Positions 55,812-64,000 of a stretch of DNA of 64,000 nucleotides are shown here, one piece after another. Within the stretch, counting starts at the first letter, position 1. Each line of letters starts with the position of its first letter. The notes beneath the pieces were generated by a model, which was not told the DNA's origin, made no database searches, and saw nothing but the letters and a program-made list of their open reading frames with translations. The translations under genes and the position numbers were made by a program. The stretch comes from Rebecca billardiae RCC1528 (lineage: Eukaryota > Protista > Haptophyta), in the NCBI GenBank assembly GCA_965240325.2, contig OZ251252.1, positions 620,001 to 684,000 on the forward strand. The letters are read 5' to 3'.

Positions 55812-58387
55812 TGGTGGCGGCGAGGGCGGTGGCGAGGGCGGTGGCGGCGGCGGCGGCAGCATAGGTGGCGGGGAGGGCGGCGGCGAGCGCGGCGGTGGCG
55901 GTGGCGGGGAGGGTGGCGGCGTGGGTGGCGGTGCGTCTGGGAGCGTCGCCGGCGTGACGGCAGGATAGCCGTGCGTGCCACCCGGGTGCCACATCTGCGT
56001 GGAGGAGACATCCCTGCAAGCAAGTGTCGATGGTACCAATGCGCGGTGACGGGGTGAGGGCACAGACGAACACGTGGCATCGTCAGCGGCGGGCAGGGCA
56101 AGCGTGGCGCTGCGTCGGATCGCCAGGGGCACGCGAGGACAGGCAATGCACGAGCGCAGCCACCTCTCTGCCTCTCCTGTCCCTCAGGCAGCGCTCGCGT
56201 GGCTGGTGAGAATACGGAGCACCGCCACCGGCCACCAGCACCCCTGGCCGGCCAGCCTCAGTGATGGTCGCACGTACAATATAAACAGAGCCGCCATGAG
56301 GCCGATCTCAGTCGGAAGGGTGCCATCGAACGAGTTGGTGGACACATCCCTGCGCAGCGTGTGGTGGTGTGCACAGACACACGCGAGTGGGCGGTCAGGC
56401 TCAGCAGGGCAAGCGCCGCGCGGTGCGCTCGCGCGGGCTGGCAAGAATAGGTAGCACCACCACCACCAGCACCCCTGGCCGGCCAGCCTCAGTGATGGTC
56501 GCAGCACATACATGAACTCCAGACGCATCAAGAGGCCGATCTCAGTCGGAAGGGTGCCATCGAACGAGTTGGTGGACACATCCCTGCGCAGCGTGTGGTG
56601 GTGTGCACAGACACACAGCACGCGAGTGGGTGGTCAGGCTCAGCAGGGCAAGCGCCGCGCGGTGCGCTCGCGCGGGCTGGCAAGAATAGGGTAGCACCAC
56701 CACCACCCGAGCACCCCTGGCCGGCCAGCCTCAGTGATGGTCGCACGTACAATGAATAAGTTATAGCCGCCATGAGGCCGATCTCAGTCGGAAGGGTGCC
56801 ATCGAACGAGTTGGTGGACACAAGCCTGCGCAGCGTGTGGTGGTGTGCACAGACGCACAGCACACGAGTTGGCGGTCAGGCTCAGCAGGGCGAGCGCCGC
56901 GCGGTGCGCTCGCGTCAGCTGGCAAGAATAGGTAGCACCACCACCACCAGCACCCCTGGCCGGCCCGCCTCAGTGATGGTCGCACGTACATGAACTCCAG
57001 ACGCGTCAAGAGGCCGATCTCACTTGGAAGGGTGCCATCGAACGAGTTGGTGGACACATCCCTGCGCAGCGTGTGGTGGCGTGCACAGACGCACAGCACG
57101 CGAGTGGGCGGTCAGGCTCAGCAGGGCAAGCGCCGCGCGGTGCGCTCGCGCGAGCTGGCAAGAATAGGTACCACCACCACCACCAGCACCCCTGGCCGGC
57201 CAGCCTCAGTGATGGTCGCACGTACAAGCCAAACATAGCCGTCAAGAGGCCGATCTCACTTGGAAGGGCGCCATTGAACGAGTTGGAGGACACATCCCTG
57301 CGCAGCGTGTGGTGGCGTGCACAGACGCACAGCACGCGAGTGGGCGGTCAGGCTCAGCAGGGCAAGCGCCGCGCGGTGCGCTCGCGCGAGCTGGCAAGAA
57401 TAGGTACCACCACCACCACCAGCACCCCTGGCCGGCCAGCCTCAGTGATGGTCGCACGTACAATGAAAGCATAGCCGTCAAGAGGCCGATCTCACTTGGA
57501 AGGGCGCCATTGAACGAGTTGGTGGACACATCCCTGCGCAGCGTGTGGTGGCGTGCACAGACGCACAGCACGCGAATGGGCGGTCAGGCTCAGCAGGGCG
57601 AGCGCCGCGCGGTGCGCTCGCGCGGGCTGGCAAGAATAGGTAGCACCACCACCACCAGCACCCATGGCCGGCCCGCCTCAGTGATGGTCGCACGTACAAT
57701 GAACGCATCGCCGTCAAGAGGCCGATCTCACTTGGAATGGTGCCATCGAACGAGTTGGTGGACACATCCCTGCGCAGCGTAGTGTGGCGTGCGAACACAG
57801 TGGGCAGGCAAAGAAGACGGGCCGCGTCAGCACACGCTTCCCGTCCGTCGCAGCTGCCTACGGTATGGCCAGTGCGCGTCATATCGCCGCTGCGTGCTCA
57901 CTGGCTGGCTGGCTGGCTGGCCCCGCGCGCGCCGCGACGTGCGCGTACAGCTGGGTCAGGGCAAACAGCGTCCCGATGTCAGTTGGGATCGTGCCAGTGT
58001 AGAAGGGGGCAGTCACCTGGCTCACCTGCGCACGTGCGCCGCGCGCGCCGCGCACATGGTGGGCCAGGCGGCCGTGCGGCGAGCGCGTCATCGCTCCTCG
58101 CGGCAGCGCATGCAGAATGCCATCGCCTGCATGTGTGGCATGGCCGCTCGACGGCTCGCGCGCCATGAGCCAAGGACAAGGTTCGTCGCGCCGCCGCGAT
58201 GGGCGCGGGCGCCTACTCGCGCACGCGCGACAGCCGCTGCACGCACGTCGATGCGTGTGCACGCAGCCGGGTTGTTGATGCAGTCCGTGTACGCGGTGCT
58301 GGACTCGAAAGCGGCGGCAGCCGCGCCCGTCGCCAGCAGACTCATCACGAGCGCGACACCCATGGCAAGCCGCATGCCCGTCGTCAT
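55737..58387 (-). CDS. Secreted LRR + polyproline (SPPP) protein; exons 58387-58247, 58025-57949, 57769-57698, 57533-57462, 57297-57226, 57061-56990, 56825-56751, 56583-56512, 56349-56278, 56013-~55737 (3' end uncertain)
   Basis: Signal peptide and Cys cap (DCINNPAAC). Plant-type LRRs LDVSTNSFDGTLPSEIGLL, one per exon, all GT-AG and in frame. Followed by a PPPSPPP tract. Confidence 0.85.
56225..57780. repeat. Tandem array of ~236-bp units (LRR exon + intron), 7 exon copies
   Basis: The exon plus-strand starts (56278, 56512, 56751, 56990, 57226, 57462, 57698) are spaced 234-239 bp apart. Confidence 0.97.
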
Positions 58388-58489
58388 GCGCCGAAATCTT
58401 GCTCCCGTGACTGAATTCAGAATGAAGTACTCACAAGGGTGGTGTCATGCAAGTGGTCGTACGTGATTGACGACGGCTTATTATTATTA

Positions 58490-60745
58490 CAGGTGCTATG
58501 GCCTATTTCTGGACGATGCCGTTTTCTGGACAAGCGCGTGGCCATGGTGAAGCGCACCGACGAGTCGCCCGCCAAGCGGCGCAAGACGCCAGCAGCGCGC
58601 ATCGCCAACCCCCGGAACCAGGCGGAGTACGCCATGAACAAGTCCAACCACGACGAGAAGCAGCGGCAGCTGCGCACGGCGCTGAAGTGGTGCCGCGATG
58701 AGGCAGACGCGGGGCGTGCGAAGGGCGCGGTCGACCGCGCGATCAGCTCGGATCGGTGGCCCGCCTTCATCACGTCTACCTCAGCCCGCCGGACACGACG
58801 GGGCTGACGCAGCCGCTCGACCAGATCAACCAGGTGCTGCACTACTACTGCTCGGTGAGTACCAAGAATTGGGCGCGCTACCAGCAGTCGAAGCTGCTCG
58901 CGCAGCGCATGCGCGAGGTGCGCGCCGATCTCGGCGACGATGAGATCAACCTCGAGGATGCAGTCGACGGCGACGGCGATGACGACGATGATGAGGGCGG
59001 CAGCGACGACGACGGCGACGGGGGCGACGACTCCGCCGAGGAGGGGCGGCGACGCGGCGCGGGCGAGGGCGCGAAGAAGTCTCTCTCGAAGCGCGACTTC
59101 CACCTTCTCCTGGGCACTCGTGGGAGGGCTTCTGTAAGAAAGAGAGCGTCATCGGCGCCTTCAAGCGCTGCGGCATCACCGCGAGCGGCGTCGACATCGG
59201 CTTGATGCAGCAGGACAAGTTCGCGGTCGCCGATCTGCTACTCCACCCCGAGCGCGTGTTCGAGGCTGCTCCCGCGGCCGCGGAGGGCGCCGGCCACCGC
59301 GGTGCGGTGCGCCGCGCGATCGACTACGGCGCCGGTGGCATCCCGGCCGAGTACACGCCCGTGTCCTCCACCCACCGTGCCGGCTCGACGCTCGACCTGC
59401 ATCACCGTCTCTCCGAGCAGCAGACGGTGATCGAGAGCCTCCGTGCTCAGATCAAGTGGCACGAGACGACGGTCAAGATGCCCAACGCCGAGGAGGCGGA
59501 GGCGCTGCTGCCGTTCGACGTCGTGGGCAAGAAGGTCGAGGGCGGCCGGAAGCGCGCAAACAAGGAGAAGTTCGGTTCGGCCGAGCTGGTCTGCTTCCTC
59601 GAGGGCCAGGAGGCAGCCGATCAGGCGGCTGTGACGGCGGCCGCCGATGCCGAGGCAAAGCGCGCTGCGAAGGCGGCACGGCGCGCCGAGACCGAGGCCG
59701 CGGCAGCTGCGAACGTCGACCAGCGCGATGCGCTCGAGCGCGCCTTCAAGGCCTGCGAGAGGGCGCGCGCCAACTCGGCTGAGCCATGCGCGTGCGGCGC
59801 AGATTCGGCCGCGACGTGCACGTGCCGGACGCATCACTTCTGTCCGCATTGTAGGCGCGTGCAGAAGACGGCATGCAAGAAGCAGAAGTGCCAGCCGCAT
59901 CTCGTGGGTGCGCCTTCGGAGGCTGTCATCGACATCGACACGACGATCACGATGGATGACGCTTAGACCCTAGCAGTAGGTTTGTATCACGGGGGTAGCT
60001 GTCGTTAACGACTCGCCGCAGCGGAGTGATGACAAGCCTAGTCTTTGATAGATGATCGGCCGGGACGAGACTGCTCGGGTACTCGTCTGTCTCGTGTGTC
60101 ACGGCCGGTGGCTCCGCGCCGAGCGGCATGATCCGGACACAGGGGCGTCAGCATGCCGACGCCGACGGCGCGCCGCTTCAGGCCGCGCGCAGCAGCGCAC
60201 GGTTACCCCGGAGTGGGTGGCGACGCTGTCGCAGGAGGGCGTGAGCTCACAGAACTGGTGATCTAGCACATGGTCGGCTGATGAGACTGATCGCGTGCAG
60301 AGCTGAGCTATCAGATAGCTGCATGACAACGCGGGTGCTTTGTGAGAACGCGTAGCATGTGCCAGGCACCGAACGCAGGTGAATGGACTAGTGGAGCAGA
60401 GAACGCGTGGTATATGCCTGGACTAGGTCGTCAAGTAAGTCCAGCGAGCTACTGCGGCCCTTCCTGTCCGGTCTCAAGCATTCCTGGCCCACCCAACATG
60501 CGCGCACAGCTTCACGACCGCACGTCCACGGTTTGTCCAGAAAACGGCATGTGCCGACCAGATCTGGGCTATGACGAAGTCGAGCACGTTGCTCACCAAC
60601 GCGATGGCCGATGACGATGAGACTTCGTGTGCCTACCTTTAACTCCACGCTGGTTCGCGTGGTGGCATCGTGGGCGGGCTAGTCCGCCATGGCTGGACGT
60701 GAGAGCTACTTGGATTTTCCGTCCAGAAATAGGCCATAGCACCTG
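58490..60745 (+). mobile_element. pogo-like (Tc1/mariner superfamily, DDE_1) transposon with an internally deleted, frameshifted transposase
   Basis: 26-bp perfect TIR TA|CAGGTGCTATGGCCTATTTCTGGACG...CGTCCAGAAATAGGCCATAGCACCTG|TA. Motifs LSPPDTTGLTQPLDQ and VIGAFKRCGI. Cys-rich C-terminus, stop at 59966. Confidence 0.9.
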
Positions 60746-60882
60746 TACGTACGTTTGTTGCTCTGCTGTGTGCCAACCTCGGCAACCTCGGGCTCGAGTT
60801 GTTGACGGAGCTCATCGTCAACTTTATTCCGCGGGGGGGGCACCACAGACCCTTTCTCCCAGCATGGCCACGTAGACCGAGG

Positions 60883-61641
60883 ATGCCCAGCGTCGCCACG
60901 AACACCGAGCCCGAGGGGACTTTCCCCGGCGAGCTGCGCTTCTCCGACCGCGCACTGTGTGACGGATCGAAGCGCACCGCCGCGGATGGCCTCTCGCGCT
61001 GGTGGACCATCACGCTTGCGGATGGCACGCGGCTGACGCACTCCATCGCCAGGACGGCCACGCAGGAGGCTGGCCCTGCTTCTCCACAGGGAAAAACCGC
61101 CGGCCCCCGCCGGCGGCGCAAGGGAGGTCGTGGCGTGCCTCCTACTGCTCCCCCGCGGACCGCCCAGCACGCAGCGCGCACGCCGGCCTCGCCGGTGCGC
61201 CCGCCCGCCGCGCAGGGCTCGGACGCTGAGGCGCTGCAGGCGAACGACGAGCAGCAGCACTCTCAGAAGCGGAAGAAGAAGCCCCGGCGTGGGAAGCGCG
61301 GGCAACGGCGCGACGCCGAGGGCCGACGGATTCGTTCTCCATCGAGCCGTCGCTCCTCGACGCGCCGCGCCGTCAAGGAACGCCAGGCGCGCAAGGCGGC
61401 GCGCCTGGCACCGACCGCTGCACCCACGCCAGTCCCTGCTGCCCCGCTCCACGAGGACCGAGACTCGCCCCCGGGCGACGACTTGGACGACGAGGAGCTG
61501 CCGCAGCAGCGGACGAAGCGCACCCTGGACGACGCCGCAGCGCCAGCCGCCGCCAGCCAGCCAGCTGGCTCGAGCGGCAAGCGCGTACGCGACCGCCCGG
61601 GGAGCACGGGGCAGGTACGACCAGCTGCTACCAGCGGCTGA
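60883..61641 (+). CDS. Hypothetical basic/low-complexity ORF, probably TE-derived
   Basis: ATG at 60883, coding-like codon usage and an NLS-like RKKKPRRGKR. No recognised domain. Confidence 0.3.
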   Translation: MPSVATNTEPEGTFPGELRFSDRALCDGSKRTAADGLSRWWTITLADGTRLTHSIARTATQEAGPASPQGKTAGPRRRRKGGRGVPPTAPPRTAQHAARTPASPVRPPAAQGSDAEALQANDEQQHSQKRKKKPRRGKRGQRRDAEGRRIRSPSSRRSSTRRAVKERQARKAARLAPTAAPTPVPAAPLHEDRDSPPGDDLDDEELPQQRTKRTLDDAAAPAAASQPAGSSGKRVRDRPGSTGQVRPAATSG

Positions 61642-61745
61642 GACTGCCAGCTGACATCCGGACCTGCACCATCGCCCTCGCTCGGGGCACAGCAGGGCCA
61701 TGCGAGCCGCGCAGCGCAGGTGGATCGCGCTCCAGCAGCTCAAGG

Positions 61746-63107
61746 CCGCGCTCAAGCTTTACGATCGCGGTGCAGGCTATGCTCTGCCACCAACGCCGAC
61801 TTCGTGTCGACGATCGGGCACTGCCGCCGACGAATCAGGAGACCCGCGTCGTCCTACCTGTGTCGTTAAATCATAGAATGAGTCTGCAGCCAAGCCGTTA
61901 CACGGCACCCTCCGCCTGCGGCGGAGGGTCTGAGGGCGGAAGAGTGGCTGCGGGCGTGCTTCGCCCGTGAGCCCAGGGTGCCCAGCTGTGGCGGCCTGCG
62001 TGAGCTTTTTGCGGCCGGATGTGATCGTTCGAAGGCGCAAACGCGGCTGCGAGTGATCCGGAGACATATCAGCTGGCCGCATGCAAGCGCCCAGCCTGGT
62101 AGCTCACCTTCTCGTCGCCTCACCACTGGGGCGTACGCTCGGTGACTCGGCAAGCCGCAGCGCGCGTGTGGCGACTCAGGGCGAGAGAGGGGATGACAGG
62201 TAATGTTTGCGCTGAGAGCAGGCCGGGGCATGGTTAGTAAAGACCGGCTACCCACTTCGCGCGCTTCATTGCACTGCACCATCGACCGTGAGCGCGCCTG
62301 GAAGAAGGCGTCACAAAGATGCCGTGCGAGAAGACCGCCATCTCGGAGACTTTGGTCTTTGGACGCTTCTTGGTCGACTCCTGAATACCCTTTTCACCGT
62401 GGGCTGCAGGCCGTTGTCCACACACCAAGAACGGTCGGCGCGGGGAGCCAAAGTTGGACGAGCGCAGACGCGCTCAAAAACCTACGTGAGAGCAGTGCAG
62501 TCACCGCGGAAAAACCGGCCGAGATGGCGGTCTTCTCGCACGGCGTCTTTGTGACGCCTTCTTCCAGGCGCGCTCACGGTCGATGGTGCAGTGCAATGAA
62601 GCGCGCGAAGTGCGCAGCCGGTCTTTACTAACCATGCCCCGGCCTGCTCTCAGCGCAAACTTTACCTGTCATCTCCTCTCTCGCCCTGAGTCGCCACACG
62701 CGTGCTGCGGCTTGCCGAGTCACCGAGCGTACGCCCCAGTGGTGAGGCGACGAGAACATGAGCTACCAAGCGGAGCGCTTGCATGCGGCCAGCTGACGTG
62801 TCTCCGGATCACTCGCAGCCGCGTTTGCGCCTTCGAACGATCACATGCGGCCGTCGTGCCGCCCCCAAGAGTCGCACCAGCGAACCACGGGCGAAGCACG
62901 CCCGCATGACCTTCCGCCCTCAGACCCTCCGCCGGAGGCGGAGGGTGCCGTGTAACGGCTTGGCTGCAGACTCATTCTATGATTTAACGACACAGGTAGG
63001 ACGGCGCAGGTCTCCTGATTCGTCGTCGGCAGTGCCCGATCGTCGACACGAAGTCGGCGCTGGTGGCAGAGCATAGCCTGAACCGCGATCGAATGGCTTG
63101 AGCGCGG
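61746..63107. repeat. Large inverted repeat / foldback (arms ~61746-62346 and ~62519-63107, ~170-bp spacer)
   Basis: The arms align along their length, e.g. TCGTTAAATCATAGAATGAGTCTGCAGCCAAGCCGTTACACGGCACCC vs its reverse complement at ~62943-62990. Confidence 0.95.
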
Positions 63108-63238
63108 GGGGGGGGCACGCCCGGATTTAACCGTGTGCCCGGATTTAACCGTGTGCCAACCTCGGCAACCTCGAATTGTTGACGGAGCTCATCGTCGTGT
63201 CTTGCTGTATTTGTCAGTAGGGATGAAATAAGGGGTTA

Positions 63239-63737
63239 AGCCACTATAACTGTCAGGCAGCCGCCATCGTGCGGCGACGTGCCCACGGCCGACGTGCGCG
63301 AATTTGTGCGACGGCGGCAGCGACGAGGTCGCGGTCCCCGGCCGCTCCGACGCGCTCTTGACTTCCGCGTGGGACGTGCGGAGGTCAAGAACCCATCCTA
63401 CTCGTCGCCGGTGCCAACCTCGCCGCTAGCGGCGTCGCACAAATTTGATGATTGGTACCTTGGGCATGGCCCGCGGCCCGCATGCCAGGTCCGCGCGGCG
63501 CTCGGTGGGCAAGCGAGCCAAGGGGCGCAGCGAGTCCGGTGCGGCTGTCGTACGGGTTGAGCGCAAGCGCTGAGTCGCAGCCGCGCGCGCGCCGCGCCGC
63601 TGGCGCCGGGTCGCCCGGGGGAGAAGGCGCAGCTGCAGTGCTCCCCTGCCATCACGCGATCCGCCGGCAGAAAGACCAGACTTTGCGCCGGGTTTTTAAC
63701 TCCGCGCGATCTGGGTAACCTGACAGTTATAGTGGCT
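63239..63737. mobile_element. Putative MITE (~500 bp)
   Basis: 19-bp perfect inverted repeat AGCCACTATAACTGTCAGG / CCTGACAGTTATAGTGGCT, extending imperfectly to ATAAGGG/CCCTTTAT. TSD not clear. Confidence 0.6.
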
Positions 63738-64000
63738 CGGCCCTTTATGATGCGAGGATTCCCGCCCCGCCAGGAACAACGACGAGTTGTCGCGCACTCG
63801 CGCACCTCTGACAATGATGATGACTGGCGGAAGGCCCATGAATGATTGTCTGATCGCTTGGATTTGATGACGATCATCATGACGAATCACACCTGATATG
63901 ATTCACTTGGCTGCTACTAGCTAAGGATTGCTGATGATGATCATCGTCATGAATAATATCGGATATCCCACTGCTGTCCTGTGCCATAGGACTGGGTCCT

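Noticed and set aside
56225-57780. CRISPR-like repeat/spacer appearance of the 236-bp array
   Set aside because: The units are far too long, the variable parts are spliceable LRR codons, there are no cas genes, and the context is eukaryotic.
63790-63960. ATG/ATC-rich low-complexity stretch
   Set aside because: Degenerate (TGA)n simple sequence with no ORF or structure.

Overview
Eukaryotic, very GC-rich genomic DNA with short GC-rich spliceosomal introns (GTGCGC...CGCAG). The style suggests a haptophyte alga such as a Pavlovales species; this is inference. The window has a gene-dense core (about 3.9-52.4 kb) between TE-rich flanks. The left flank holds a truncated Ty1/copia RT-RNaseH, an LTR ending in a 96-bp hairpin, a DIRS-like relic and a (TA)n array. 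The core genes are a ~3,580-aa type II membrane beta-repeat fibre-like protein, an ENT transporter, an alpha/beta hydrolase, an NHE exchanger, a GT77-like glycosyltransferase, a TBL/PC-esterase-like protein, a KEA/TMCO3-like antiporter, a RAP-domain protein, YME1/FtsH, an MBD-like protein, an ACBP-PH-TM fusion, a PX-polyamine oxidase fusion and a TauD-like dioxygenase. Several TIR elements and a 5'-truncated RLE non-LTR element lying between TA repeats interrupt the core. The right flank is a TE island with a hAT-like element carrying an RT fossil, a pogo-like element, a 1.36-kb palindrome and a MITE. Inside it is the best candidate for a novel system: a secreted LRR-polyproline gene built from seven tandem ~236-bp units, each one LRR exon plus one intron. 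The introns are near-identical, the exons are phase-symmetric, and amino-acid variation is concentrated next to the predicted binding face. All gene models and family calls were made by eye from motifs; no database search was run.
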